From Narcine bancroftii (Eukaryota), in the NCBI RefSeq assembly GCF_036971445.1, contig NC_091469.1, positions 212,660,001 to 212,724,000 on the forward strand: a stretch of 64,000 bases of DNA, in the 5' to 3' direction. Shown here piece after piece: positions 15,040-28,803 of the stretch (position 1 is its first letter; every line of letters begins with the position of its first letter). The notes under the pieces are model-generated. The model was not told the DNA's origin, searched no databases, and was given only the letters and a program-made list of their open reading frames with translations. A program made the translations under genes and the position numbers.

Positions 15040-15280
15040 ATTTTCAACATACAGCAGGTTAACAGGCCCTTTTGGCCCAGGAGCCTGTCCCACCCAATTG
15101 ACCTACAACCCCAGTATGTTTTGAATGATGGGAGGAAACCGCAGCCCCCAGGGAAAGCCCACGTAGCCACAAGATGAATGTACAAACTCCTTACAGACAG
15201 CACGGGATTCGAACCCCGGCCCCACTCACTGGCACTGTAATAGCATTGTATTGATCTCTACATTAACCGTGCCACCCCAG
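15040..15280 (-). mobile_element. HE1/V-SINE-like SINE
   Basis: Same SINE core; B-box-like GGGTTCGAATCCC on the minus strand. Confidence 0.7.
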
Positions 15281-16439
15281 TCTCTTCACCCACTCCAAAG
15301 CATCTCCATCCCTCCTGTAACACAGCAACCAGAACTGAATGCAATGTTCTCTTCACAATGTCGTCCCATTATTGGCCAATCTTAACAAACCCTCTGACCA
15401 GTTCTTTCCCATTACTGTTCACGCCAGTGGATAAGAGAGGAAAACAGTCGATCGAGATACATACGCAAGAACTAACATACAAGTCTCTGTTTGAAGGGAG
15501 TTCTGTGAGAGTCCCCCTTATTTTTTCCCCTCTGTAAACCTCTGCTCTCAACCAACATCTGCAGACTTACTTTCTTGTTTAACTCCATTCAGATGCTCCA
15601 CTACAGTCTCTTCGAGGAAACCCTGAAGTGGTTTTCCTTTGCAGACAATATAAAGATTGGAGGAGGGGCAGGTAGTTTAAAACACCCTGAAATGCTGGAG
15701 GAATTCAGCCAGTCTTTACAGCGTCTATAAGGGACAAATATATAATTGCCGATGTTTCAGGCCTGAGCTCTTCTTCAAGGAATAATTAGAAGACGCAGGA
15801 AATCTCAGAATTCAAACAAAGGGGGAGGAATCCAAACCAACAAAAGGTGTTAATTGGATATGAGAAGGGACGAGGTGAGAATTTATCATGTCTGTGTGAG
15901 AGGAGACAGGGAATGGAGAGATAGAGATGAGGGAAAGGGCAAGGGAGTTGATTGTGGCTGATTGGCTGTGGACTCAGCTTCTCTTACCTGCCATTCCCAC
16001 AACCCTTAATTACCCAATCCATTAAAAATCTACTCATTTGTGTCTTAAATACTTTCAACAAGGCAACCTCCTTGTTGGGCAGAGAATTCCACAGATTCAT
16101 CACTCAATGAGAAGCCAATTTCCGATTCCACCCAGATGGCGGGTCACAAATGTGCTGGAGAAACTCACCAGGCCAAGCATCAGAAGTTGTTGGCCTATTG
16201 GTTGTGATTGGGTGGCATGGGCTCCTGGGCCAAAATGGTCTGTTACTGTGCTGTATGTCTAAAAAAAATCTAAAAGATCATAGGAGCAGCTCAGCACCTT
16301 GGCCAAATGTTCCATTTCAAGTTCATGTTGTAATTAGATAAAATCAGTAGGTTTTTCAGGGATTCAGATCAATGAGGGAGAAAGAACACATCCAGGTGCA
16401 AAGGTGCAGTAAGGTACATGAAAGATTAATAAAACAAAA

Positions 16440-19400
16440 TGCGAAGAGAAGGAGGCAAGATGAGTGTGAGGGCAATTTTCTGCTCTCAGAGTCACATGTG
16501 GGAAGTCATGGAGTCTTCTTGTCTCCCGGACATCCACGTGTGCACAAAGTGGGCTGAGCTGCTGCGTCTAAGGGACCGAATCAGGGACAAGAATTATAGT
16601 CGTAGTACATGTTAGTACCAATGATGTTGGAGGGGCAGTGGGTTACCATTATGAGGGGGAAAGGGAAGGGTAAGGTTCAAGAGAAAGCACCTTAGTCTGA
16701 AATCCTCAGCATTCAGTACTCCTCCTTGAGTACTGAGGAGGGGGATAGTCAGACTATGGTGGGTAGAGGTGTAGGGTTAGCCTCTGTAGCCCAGAAAGGT
16801 AGGGATAGGAGGAAAAGGGTAATAGTTATAGAGGATTTGATGGTCAGGGGAACTGACAGAGGTTTTTGTGGACACAATAAAGAAAACCGGATGGTGGTTT
16901 GCCTCCCTGGTGCCAGGGTCCGAGATGTGACTATGCGTGCCCAGAACATCCTAAAAGGGGAGGGTAAAGAGCCTGAGGTCGTGGTGCATGTTGGTACCAA
17001 TGACGTTGGAAGGAAGGAGGAAGTGGTCCTGCAGAATGAATATAGAGAGTTAGGTAGGGAGTTTAGAAGAAGGACCACTAAGGGTATAATCTCTGGATTG
17101 CTTCCTGTGCCACGTGACAGTGATGACAGGAATAGAATCAGGTGGAGGTTAAATACATGGCTAGAGGGTTGGAGTAAGAGACAGGGATTTAAGTTCTTCG
17201 ACCACTGGGACCTTTTTTGGGGGAGATGGGACCGATACCATAATGATGGGTTACATCTGAATCCCAGAAGGAACAGTCTCCTGGCAGGGGCATTTGCTAG
17301 GGCTGTCAGGGGAGCTTTAAACTAGTATGGTTGGGGACAGGGGTTCAGTAAGGGAGGACACCAGAGAGGGGGGTTTGTAGGCAAAGGAAAAAGGCATATT
17401 CACATAATTTGGGGGTGGAATGGCGGGAAGTAATGAATAGATGCTATAACAACAATTGTGAGAATGGTAGAGAGGGTGAAAGGCAGAAGGTAAGATGTGG
17501 GAGATCTCTGAGATGTATTTATTTCAATGTGAGGAGTGTTGTAAGGAAGGTGGATGAGCTAAAGGTGTGGATTTATACGTGGCGTTATGTTGTGGCCATT
17601 AGTGAGACATGGATTTTGCTGCTTCAGATGTGTCAGAATTGGAGGAGTAAGAGGGGGAGGTGTGGCATTACTTGTCAGGGAAGATATTACAGTGGTGCTG
17701 AGGCAAGATGGACTGGAGGGCTCATTGAGGGAGGCAGTGTGTGTAGAATTAAAAAATAAGAAGGGTGAGGTTGCTATTATAGGGGTATATTATAGGCTGC
17801 CAAATGGGGAGAGGGAACTAGAAGAGCAAATATGCAAGGAAATAGCTGAGATGTACAGTAGGAATAGGGTGGTGTTGGTTGGGGATTTAAATTTTCCTAA
17901 AATAGATTGGGAAACACAGTCAGTGAGAGGGCAGGGTGACTTAGAATGTATATAATGTGTTCAGGACTGCTTTTTGCAGCAGTATGTGGAGATGCCCACT
18001 AGAGGGGAAGCAGTGTTAGAACTGTTGTTAGGGAATGAAATAGGGCAGGTAGCGGAGGTGAGCATTGGGGAGAACTTTGGAAACAGTGATCTTCGTCCAT
18101 TAGCTTTAGCTTACTTATGGAAAGGGATAGGTTGGTTCCGAAGTCGAAGGTATTTGAGCGGGGGAAGGCCAGATTTGGAGAAATGAGAAGGGATTTCCAG
18201 AGAGTTGTGTGGGCTGATCTTTTTGCCAGAAAGGATGTAGGGAAAAATTGGAGGGTATTTAAAGGTGAGATTTTGAGAGTACAGGATCTTTATGTTCCAT
18301 TCTGGCCGAAAGGCATGACAAAAAGTTCAAGGGAGCCATGGTTTTCTAGAAAAATTAGGAAGTTGGTTCGGGATAAGAGGGAGGCCTATGCTAAATATAA
18401 GAAACAAAAGATTGATGAGATGTATGATTGTTACTTAGATTGCAGAAAGAACCTTAAGAGGGAAATTAGAAAGGCAAAAAGAAGGTATGAAGTGTCCATA
18501 GCTAATAAGGTGAAAGTGAATCCAAAGGATTTTTACAGATACATGAATAGTAAAAGGAGGATGAAGTTTAGAGTAGGTCCACTGAAAAATGGGAACGGTG
18601 GACTATGTGAGGAACCATATGAGATGGGGGAGATATAAAATGATTTTTTCTTATTTGTATTCACAAGAAAAAGGGACATTGAACGATGTGAGATGTGAGA
18701 GAAATGGCTTAGTTATGGAAAGGATAGGGATTAGTAAAGAAAGGGTTTTGGAGCTTCTAGGGTCAATAAAGGTGGCTAAGTCTCCTGGTCCAGATGGGAT
18801 TTTTCCCAGGACGTTAAGGGAAGTCAGGGAACAAATAGAGGTGGCTCTGACAGTGATTTTTCAATGATCACTGGAGGTGGGTGTGGTGCCGCAGGATTGG
18901 AGGGTTGAAAATGTAGTTCCATGTTTAAAAAAAGACACAAGGTACAGGCCAAGTAATTATCAGCCAGTAAGTTTGACTTTGGTGGTGAGCAAAGTTATGG
19001 AGGGTATTCTTAGAGATAGTATGTACAAATATTTGGATAGGCAGGGGCACCCAGCATGGGTTTGTGAAGGGAAAGTCATGTTTGATGAACTTTGTTGAGT
19101 TTTTTGAAGAGGTGACAAAAGTAGATGAAGGTAGAATGGTTGACATGATCTATTTGGATTTCAGTAAGGCTGTTGATAAGGTTCTGCATGTAAGGTGAGT
19201 AAGGAAGGTTCAGTCACTAGGGATTAATAGAGAGATAGTGAGATGGGTTGAGAGGTGGCTGGAAGATAGACAACAGAGAGTCATGGTGGACAACTGTCTG
19301 TCAGGATGGAAGCCAGTGATGAGCGGTGTGTCTCAGGGATCAGTGCTGGGTCCCCTGTTGTTTATTATTTATTTATATTAATTATTTAGATAAGGGGGTG

Positions 19401-20345
19401 GTTAACTGGGTAAGCAAATATGCAGACGATATGAAAATAGGCGGAGTGGTGGATAGTAAGGAAGGTTTTCTTGGATTACAGAAGGATTTGGTTTGTTTGG
19501 AAAAGTGGGCTGAAAGATGGCAGATGAAATTTAATGTAGACAAGTGCGAGGTGATGCATTTCGGAAAAAATAACCAAAATAGGACATATGCAGTTAAAGG
19601 GAGGGCATCAAGGTATGCAAGGGAACAGAGGGATCTTGGCGTTATGGTAAAGATTTCCTTGAAAGTGGATTCCCAAGTAGACAGGTTAGTTAAGAAGACA
19701 TATGGTATGCTGGTCTTCATAAATCATAGGATAGAGTATAGAAACTGGGAAGTGATGCTGCTACTGTTTAACAAATTGGTGAGGCCAGGTTTGGAGTACT
19801 GTGCTCAGTTCTGGTCCCCAGATTATAGGAAGGATATAGATAAAGTGGAGAGGGTGCAGAGAAGATTTACAAAGATGTTGCCTTGCTTACAACATCTAGA
19901 GTACAGAGAAAGATTAAGGAGACTGGGACTTTATTCACTAGATCGTAGACGGTTAAGATGGTTGATAGAGGTGTTTAAAATTATGAAGGGAATAGTTAGA
20001 CTAAAGGTGAGTAGATTCTTTCCCCTGAGGGCAGGAGAGGTTGGAATAAGAGGGCATGAGTTAAGGGTAAGGAGGCAAAACTTTAGGAGAAATGTTAGAG
20101 GATGCTTCTTCACTCAAGAAGTGGTGGCTGAATGGAATGATCTTCCAGAGGAGATAGTTGTGACAGAGTCACTTCTGTCATTTAAGAGAAGGTTGGATGT
20201 GTACATGGATATGAAGGGTTTTGAGGGTTATGGGCGGAGAATGGGAGGGGGGAGCTAGTGGAGTTGTTCAAGTGAACTGGCGCGGATTCAAAGGGCTGAT
20301 ATGGCCTGTTTCCATGCTGTAAACTGTTATATGGTTATATATGAT
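16440..20345 (+). mobile_element. Near full-length but disabled CR1 LINE (ORF1 SGNH esterase + ORF2 EN/RT)
   Basis: ORF 16726-17325 has CLPGA, HVGTND and DGLHLN. ORF2 pieces carry GDLNFP, PGPDG and YADD (19326-20258) with several stops and frameshifts, followed by a 3' microsatellite tail. Confidence 0.9.
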
Positions 20346-20688
20346 AAGAACTTGCTCACAACTCATAATCAAAGAGTATTTCCTTTGGTCATTCAGCATT
20401 CTCATGCCCAAGGGAAGAAGCTGTTCCTGAGCCTGGTGGTGCTGGCTCTGATACTCCTGTATCTCTTCCCCAACAGGAGCAGCTGAAAGATGCTGTGGGC
20501 AGGGTGGAAGGGGTACTCACTGATTTTGTGCACTCTCCTTAAACAATGATCCTAATGGATCACATTGATGGGGGGAAGGGAGACTCCAGTGGTCGTTTCT
20601 GCCACAAATATGGTTCTGTGGATTGACCTCTGATAAGAAATAGATAATAAAAGCAGAAAACACTGCGATATTCAGGCAGCGTCTAAAG

Positions 20689-20821
20689 TAGAGGTTCTGA
20701 ACCTTTTTCTTTCCACTCACATTCCACTTGAAGTAATCCCTTACACAGGATGCCATAGGTGCTCTGCAAGGGATTACTTCAAGTGGTTTGTGAGTGGGTG
20801 AAAAAAGGTTGAGAACCTTTG
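20689..20821. mobile_element. hAT-type MITE (duplicate of 14192-14323)
   Basis: Near-identical to the first copy; TSD GTCTAAAG/GTCTAAGG. Confidence 0.75.
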
Positions 20822-21039
20822 GTCTAAGGGCTCGGACTCCATATGTTGACAATTCTTTTCCCCCGACTAAAGCCCTTTGAGCTGTTGACTTCCTCCAGCA
20901 GATTGGATTTTGCTTCATATTCTAGAATTTGCCATCTCTTGAACCTGAACCCTAATGTCTCCAGCATTTCAGGACTGGTCCTTTTTGATTAACGACAGAA
21001 CTAAAATGTAAATTCTTTCCTGCTTTTGTTCAAATTTGA

Positions 21040-21465
21040 TTCAAAGATGGGATTTTAATGTCATTTGAACAAATGAAACAAACTTGTGATGTTCCAAATG
21101 GCATTTTTCTTCGTTATTTACAACTAAGGGCTTTTCTAAGAGAAATTTGTGGAAATGATATGGCATTTTCAGGAGTGAGTCAATTGGAGCTTATATTATG
21201 GATGGGTAGAGTACCTAAATTTATTACTCGAATATATTATGCCCTCCAAATTGAGAGGAAGGAAGAAGTCTGGAATACAAAGATGGGAAGCAGATCTAGC
21301 AGTGAACATGTGTATGGTTTGGTGCAATCTAATTTTTTTGCATCAGTTATATTTGACTCCGCAAAGATTGCACAAATCAAAACCAGAAATATCAGACAGA
21401 TGTTTTTGATGCGAAATAGAGGAAGGAACATTTCTTCATTCAGTGTGGTCATGTACCAAGGTCAA
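21040..21465 (+). mobile_element. L1/Tx1-clade LINE ORF2 C-terminal fragment
   Basis: SFEQMK...FLRYLQLRAFL resembles the L1-clade ORF2 C-terminus; frameshifted. Confidence 0.55.
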
Positions 21466-21859
21466 TCTGCAGTATTTTACTCTCCATATATATAAGAAGG
21501 CGAATTTATGCCTGAAAGGACATTTAAGATTCTTTTCCAGGGGGATAGAATATGAAAGTAGGAATGTAATGAGGTTTTATGAAACATTAGTGAGAGCACA
21601 GTTTTGGGCTCCATATCAAAGGAAGGTTGCCCTTAGAGAGGGCCCAGTGGAGGTTGACATGGATAATCCCTGGAGTGATTGATTTTCATGCAAGGAGAAT
21701 TTGAAGGCTCTGGGGTTTAGAAGAATGAGGGTGGGGTCTCATTGAAACCATGGAATAGGCAAAGGCCTGGATATAGTGGATGTGGAGGGGATGTTTCCTC
21801 TGGTGGGGAAGTCCCAATAGAACCAAGAGGAGGGGACGCATCTGTGCTTGCTTTTGAAA

Positions 21860-22555
21860 TTGCTTTTATTGAGTTTAACATAAAAGCATAAATACAGAAT
21901 TGACAATTACATAGTAATTCATTCTTATGTGAGAAAGCACACATGAAAAAAGGTAGCAAAAACTACATCACTAATTGCTTGTCAGACCTCAAAAACAGTT
22001 AAACTGCAACCAGGTTAAACCCTTTTATTGAAATAACGCGTATAAAATAAAGGGAAAAAAGAAATTAAAAAATTAAAGACTGACTCTAATCTACACCCTC
22101 CTTCTAATAATAATTAATAAAAAGATCAATAATGTGGAAAAACTGGCAACCCCGAGAGAACACGCAATGAACGACTGGAACATAGAACAAGTGATAATTC
22201 CTCCAATTATAATGGAAGAGTTAGGAATGAGCCCCACAATTTCAAAAGTTGAAACTTTCTATCTTAAACGTTATATCAGATTTATTTCCAATAGAACATT
22301 AAACTACTGAGTGTGAATCTCCCTTCCATTTCAATAAGCTAGCTCGTCTGGCTATCAACTTGGTAAAAGCTACAGCTTTTTCTGAAGACAACAATACAGG
22401 TTTATCTGGATCACAAGAAAAACCAAACAAAGCAATTAATGGGTAAGGTTCCAAATTAATCTTAAGAATCGTTGATAAAGGTCTTTCCAAAAACTCTCTA
22501 AATCTGGGCACTCCCCAAAACTTATGGATCAGAGAAGCTTGAAAAAATTTACATT
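21860..22555 (-). mobile_element. L1-clade LINE 3' fragment
   Basis: ORF 22299-22559 (PLIALFG...IARRASLLKWK) followed by a T-rich 3' UTR with minus-strand AATAAA. Confidence 0.55.
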
Positions 22556-22574
22556 TCACACATAATGGACAGAC

Positions 22575-22582
22575 AGAGAGAA

Positions 22583-22657
<75 letters not shown>
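22575..22657. repeat. (GA)n microsatellite
   Basis: Directly visible. Confidence 0.95.
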
Positions 22658-22658
<1 letters not shown>

Positions 22659-22856
22659 AAGGAAGAGAATGATGAAGAATCAGATGGAAATGAAATTGCA
22701 AGAACTGAGGGGAAGGCGACAGGGATAAGGAGGGATTTTTGTGCGGTTTCGTTTGTGACAACAAATGGAATTTTAATTTTGAGTGAGGGAGGGGAAAAGT
22801 GAATGAAACTGGCAGAACCAGAAATGGTAAAGTTTATGTGAAATGTCCTGTATCTC

Positions 22857-23097
22857 TGTGGTGCTCTGAGGTGGACAAACTCAGAAAAGACTGTACAGCA
22901 GGCTTTATTCCAGTAGAAGTCCAAACACCAGTTCATGCCTTGGTGGCTCCCCTAGTGACTGGCTCAAGAGGGGCCCGCTCAGGTTTATATCCAGATCAGC
23001 TGATTGACAGCCTGCCAGTTGGAGTCAGCCTCTTAGGTGGTCTTTCTGCAGGTAAAGAGATCGCCCCCTGCAGTTAGCTGGTGGTCGTATCACCACA
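22857..23097 (-). mobile_element. Solo LTR (Gypsy-type, related to the LTRs at 24.5-28.8 kb)
   Basis: TGTGGTG...CACCACA termini and a perfect 5-bp TSD ATCTC (22852-22856 and 23098-23102). Confidence 0.85.
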
Positions 23098-23594
23098 ATC
23101 TCCTGTAGCGAAGCAGGGCCTGGTCAGTGAGGAACGAACTGGTGAATAAATATCCTGCCCCTCCTCTCTCCACCATAACATTCCGTTGATTGTCATGTCC
23201 ACAGAAAACACAAAACTCTTTCTTTGTTTGCCTTGTAAAAGCACATCTTGAAGTGCCATCAATGCTGGGCCACAATCCAGAAAAGAAAGAAAACAAAAGA
23301 GAGTCCCTTTTGAGGCACTGGGTACCCTTGGATCCCTCCATCCGCTATGAGGCCGCCTTCATCTCAGCCCTTGTCAGCTCAGGAGCCTCAAGGCCTCCTG
23401 CCCTGTTTAGCGGTGAGCCCGAGCTCAAGTCATCCGAGCTGCATCTCTTTGAGCCGTGGTTCTGGACACCTGAAGTACGGGAAAGCAGTAAGTGTCAAAA
23501 CTCTTTGGGAGCCTCGCGATCCCTCAGTAACTTCACCAATCCCAGTAACCAAAAGCCGTTTGCCCGAATTGTGCCAGCCTCTGCATTCAACACA

Positions 23595-24070
23595 TCCTCC
23601 TCGGCCATTTCTGCCATGTACTAGGTGATCCCACCACTAGATACATATTCCCCTCTCCTCCCCTCACTACCTTCTACAGGGACCGCTCCCTCCGTGACTC
23701 CTCCCTCCCCATCTTGTACCTTCCACTTGCGCCAACACCTTCTCCCTCAGCTCTATTCGGGGCTACAAACAGTGCTGGTGAATCTGCAGGGGTCATCTAC
23801 AGCATCCACTGTTCCCGTTGTGGTCTCCACGACATCAGAGAGACTGGACACAGACTAGGATATCAATTTGTTGAACGCCTCGTCTCTGTCCACCACAATA
23901 ATCTGGATCTCCCAGTGGCCATCTATTTCATTCCTTTGCTGACATGTCTGTCCATGGTCTCATGTGCTGCCAGACTGAGACCACCTGCAAATTGGAGGAC
24001 AACACCTTATCTTCCAACTGGGCTCCTTCCAACCAGATGGCATTAATATCGACTTTTCTAGCTTTTGTTA
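23595..24070 (+). mobile_element. Penelope-like element fragment (GIY-YIG endonuclease remnant)
   Basis: GVIYSIHCSRCGLHDIRETGHRLGYQFVERL matches the VIYCIxCxxCxxxYIGETxRxLxxRFxEH pattern. Confidence 0.7.
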
Positions 24071-24406
24071 AACATTCGCCTCCTTTTACACAAACATGAT
24101 AAATTCTTACCTCGCTCCTTATCTTATCCAATGAACACCTATTGTGGGTGTGGATATCTCCCCCAGCCAGCAATGTCAGAATTACGGGACTTTCTGAGAA
24201 TTCCTGCTCCTGGCTCATTCTGCTTATTCCTTGAAGGAGAGCTCAGGCCTGAAATATCAGAAATATATCTTGTCTCTGAGAGACGCTGAAAATACTGGCT
24301 GGGTTCCTCCAGTATTTCAGTGTATTTTGACAACAAACACAGCGTCTGCAGACTTTCGTGTTTCATTCACATTGGAAGTGATGGACAAATAAAGTACAGT
24401 GATTCT

Positions 24407-24950
24407 CCAGTCAGTAGCTTACTGACAGAGCAGGGTAAATGTTCAGCAGTCAGTCATGTACTGACAGAGCAGGGTATCTGTACACCAATCAGTAACATAC
24501 TGACAGAGCAGGATATCTGTTTACCAGTCAGTAACGCACTGACAGAGCAGAGTGTGGTGCACAGTTATCCAGAATCAGACACACACAAAGATAAAGACTG
24601 TACAACAGGTTTAATCCACAAAGACTTCCACAGAGCCAGGCTGGCTGTGGCTGCAGCAACTCTGAATGAGGCCTCAGGAGGCCAACGCAGGCTTACATCC
24701 CGGAGGATGATTGACACCTAACCGGGTGGGGCTTGATCCATTCCATCCGACTGATTGTCAGCCGGCCAGGTGTTGTCCTGTCCTGACAAAGGTTGCCCCA
24801 TGCAGTAGATTGATGGTATACCACCACACAGAGTATCTGTACACCAGTCAGTAACATACTGACAGAGCAGGATATCTGTTTACCAGTCAGTAACGTACTG
24901 GCAGACCAGGGTATCCGTACACCAGTCAGTAACGTACTGATAAAACAGGG
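24407..24950. repeat. 39-bp minisatellite (GGGTATCTGTACACCAGTCAGTAACRTACTGACAGAGCA), split by LTR insertions; last unit at 28804-28850
   Basis: About 8 units; each contains the inverted repeat GTCAGTA-nnn-TACTGAC. Confidence 0.85.
24553..24828 (-). mobile_element. Solo LTR of the same family as the adjacent Gypsy element
   Basis: The reverse complement of the right end (TGTGGTGGTATACCATCAATCTACTGCATGGGGCAACC) matches the LTR start at 24951 and 28512; TSD CAGAG at 24548-24552 and 24829-24833. Confidence 0.85.
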
Positions 24951-27900
24951 TGTGGTGATACACCACTAGCCTACAGCAGGGGGCAACCTATATACCTGGA
25001 GAAGAGCACAGGAGGACAAAGCAACACCTGGCTGGCTGTCTACTCCGGGACTATAATGATGTCACGTCCGGTCCACGGAGTGACGTCACTTCCACCGCCC
25101 GCGATGACGTTACCCACGCCAACGGTCGATGGCATGACGTCACTTCCCCCAGCACAACCAGTGCAACCGGGGAGGTAGGCCAGACATGCCACCGCCACAC
25201 ACCCCAACGTGGCACCACCATCTTGTACTGGACAGGCACAGGCGCCACAGTCACCCAGACCCTTCCAGGCCTACAACGAGCACAGCACTGATGACGATGA
25301 CGATGTGGTCAACACGAGCGCTGACCAGGCCGCCCTACTGACGCATCCCATGCCTCCAGACACAGCCAATCACCACCCACCGGAACCCACGCTTAGGGAG
25401 AGCACCACCGGTCAACACTCACCTCTCACAATGCACCCCATGCCCACAGAGGATACAGCCGACTGCAACTCACCTCCATGGTCAGGGAATGATGACTCAG
25501 ACCCCAAGATAGTCTTAGCAGCCACCACACTGACCAGGGACATCCCTCATGGCCTCAGGCGCTCCATGATGGATGTCAAAATCAACGGGCAGATAACGGT
25601 GCCTAATCGACAATGGCAGCACCAAGACCTTTATTCATCCGAGCATGGCCCACTCCCTAAAGCTAAAAATCCACCCCACCACCTTCTCTATCACCTTCGC
25701 CGCCCAGGACCGAACTATTAATACCCTCGGGTGCTGCTCTGCCAATTTGACTGTGGGGTGGGAGACATACACCAGGTTCAGGCTCCTGGTCATGCCCAAA
25801 ATCTGCGCCCCAGTCCTCCTGGGCTGAAACTTCCAATGCCACCTGCAGAGCATCACATTCGCCTTTGGGGGGCGCTATCCCCATTCACACTCCTCAGTGC
25901 GCCATCCAACCAGCCCTGTCCAACCTGTGGCCTCTACACGCTGCGCATCACCCCTCCTGCCCTCTTCTCACACCTCACGCCAGACTGTAAGCCGATAGCC
26001 GCCAGAAGTAAGTGTTATTGTGCCACGGACAGAGAGTTAATCAGGATGGAGATGGAACGGTTTCTGGCAGAAGGCTTCATAGAGCCCAGCACCAGTCCCT
26101 GGAGAGCCCAAATGCTAGTGGTAAAAGGGGGCGGCAAACCAAGGATGGTTATCGACTACAGCCAGACCATCAACCAAAACACCCAGTTGGACATCTACTC
26201 CTTACTGAGGATAACCGACATGATCAACGAGATAGCCCACTATTGGGTCTTCTCCACAATTGACCTGAAGTCAGCCTATCACCAACTCCCCATCCACCCG
26301 CTGGACAAGCCTTACACTGCCTTCAAGGCATATGCGCACCCCTACCAGTTCTACTGAGTTCCATTTGGGGTCACAAATGGGGTCTCCGTCTTCCAACGGA
26401 AGATAGATCGCATGGTAGACCGGCACAAGCTAAAGGCAATTTTCCCGTACCTGGATAATGTCACCATCTGCGGCAATGACCAGAAGGACCACGATGCAAA
26501 CCTGGAGAAATTTCTGCAGACAGCCAAGAAGCTGAACCTCATGTACAATAAAGAGAAGTGTGTGTTCAGCACCACTCGCCTCGCCATCCTGGGGTACATC
26601 GTGGCACATGGTGTCATCAGCCCAGATCCAGAATGGATGCGCACATTAATGAAGCTGCCCATTTCCCTCATGCTCAAAGCCCTCCACAGGTGCCTTGGCC
26701 TGTTCTTCTATTACTCACAGTGGGCTCCTCGCTTCTCGGACAAGGTCCACCCACTGGCCTAGGCCACAACTGTTCATCTCGCACCTGAGGCGCAGGCAGC
26801 CTTCACGTGCATCAGGCAGGATATCGCAGATGCCATGATGCATGCCATGGAGGCGAACACCCCCTTTTGTGTGGAAAGCAATGCCTCCAATGTGACCCTC
26901 ACCGCTACCCTAAACCAGGAGAGGCGCCCTGTCACCTTCTTGTCCAGGACCCTCCACAGTTCCGAGCTAGGGCACTCCACGATTGAAAAGAGGCCCAGGA
27001 AAGCAGTCTGCCTCTGGCACCACTACCTGGCCAGCAGGAGGTTCACCCTCCTCACCGACCAGTGTGAAGTAGTGTTCATGTTCAACACCTCCCACAAAGG
27101 CAAGATCAAGAATGATAAGATCCAGCACTGGAGAATTGAGCTAGCAATGTACAGCTACGACAACCAGTACCGTTCTGGGAAGTTTAACGACTCCCCCGAC
27201 ACCCTCTCCTGGACCTGCGTGTCACTCCACGACGACCAGCTGCAGGCACTGCACGAGTCCCTCTGCCACCCAGGTGTCACCCGCTTATACCAAATTATCA
27301 AGTGTTGAAACCTCCCCTACACCGTCAGGTATGTCAGACCCATGACTGGGGCATGTCGGGTCTGCATGGAATGCAAGCTCCGCTTCTTATGCCCACCCAA
27401 GGCCCATGTCGTAAAGGCCACTCGGCCCTTTGAGTGCCTCAGGATGGACTTCAAGGGCCATGAATCAGAATGTCTATTTTCTCACGGTCATAGACAAGTA
27501 CTCCCGCTTCCCTTTTGCCGTCCTTTGCCCAGACACCTCCACAGCCACCGTCATCAGGGAACTGACGCAGATATTCACCATGTTCAGCTACCTGACATTC
27601 ATTCATAGTGGTTGGGGGTCTAGCTTCATGAGTGAGGACCTACGCCAGTACCTGACAGCAAGGGGCATTGCAATTAGTTGCACGACTAGTTACAACCCGA
27701 GACATAATGGACAGGTGGAGTGCGAAAATGGGATAATCTGGAAGGCAGTCCTCCTGGCCCTTAAGTCTAAAGGGTGGTCCGTAGAGTACTGGTAGGATGC
27801 CCTCACTGAGGTGCTCCATGCCATCAGGTCACTCCTGTGCACAGCTACCAATGTGACCCCTCACGAATGCCTGTTTTCGTTCCCCAGGAAATCGGCCACG

Positions 27901-28803
27901 AGAACATCACTCCCAGCATGGCTCATGTCCCAACGACCAGTGCTCCTGTGTAGACACGTGTGGGCACACAAGGCTGAACCCCTGGTTGAGCAGGTGTTCC
28001 TCCTACATTCAAACCATAACTACGCCGACGTGATGTTCAGCAGCAGGAGGGAGGACACCTTCTCAACCAGGGACCTGGCACCTGCAGGAGCACCCACCAC
28101 AGCACAACAGCATCCTTCATCCCAGGACCACGCTGGCCTGATACACTCCCCTGACCCCAGACAGCAGTGGGACATCCAAGACTACCCTGGGCACCCCAGA
28201 CTGGCTCCTACCGTGGGCGATGAACCTGCCCCCTCACCCATCCAACACCTTACACACACTTCAAATCCAGCCGCCCCAGCCACTCCACCGCGCTGCATCA
28301 CGCCAGCCACTAAGTCCCCGCCCTGCACCCATGGACTAGCCCCTGCTTACCCTCGCCAACCTTTGACCAGGAGCTAAGCTTGCAACGGTCGCAGAGACTC
28401 CGACGGCTGCCGGACCGTCTAAATTTGTAAATAATATATATGTATATATGTTTGGGGCTTTGGTAGAACATGGAATGTAACCTCCCCCTCCCCCTTAAAG
28501 AATGGCGTGAATGTGGTAATACACCACTAGCCTACTGCAGGGGTGACCTGTGTACCTGCACAAGAGCACTGGAGGACAAGGCAACACAAGCCCGGCTGTC
28601 AATCAGCTGACCTGAATGGACCAAGCCCAACCAGGTCAGCTGCCAATCACCCTCAGGGATATAAGCTACATCTGGCCCCTTGAGGTCAGTCTCAGAGCTT
28701 GTACGGCATTCACACAGCCAGCTCTGTGGAAGTTTATGTAGAATAAAGCCTGTTAAACAGTCTTTATGTTTTCTATCTGCTTTCTGCTCAATAGCGCATC
28801 ACA
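24951..28803 (+). mobile_element. Decayed Ty3/Gypsy LTR retrotransposon (partial 5' LTR 24951-25040, gag remnant, PR-RT-RNaseH-IN, 3' LTR 28512-28803)
   Basis: Protease LIDNGST (~25605), RT SPWRA..PRMVIDYS..FSTIDLKSAYHQ..YLDN, RNase H FTLLTD, and integrase HPGV..CxxC, IDKYSRFPFA, YNPRHNGQVE. TSD CAGGG at 24946-24950 and 28804-28808. Many stops and frameshifts. Confidence 0.92.
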
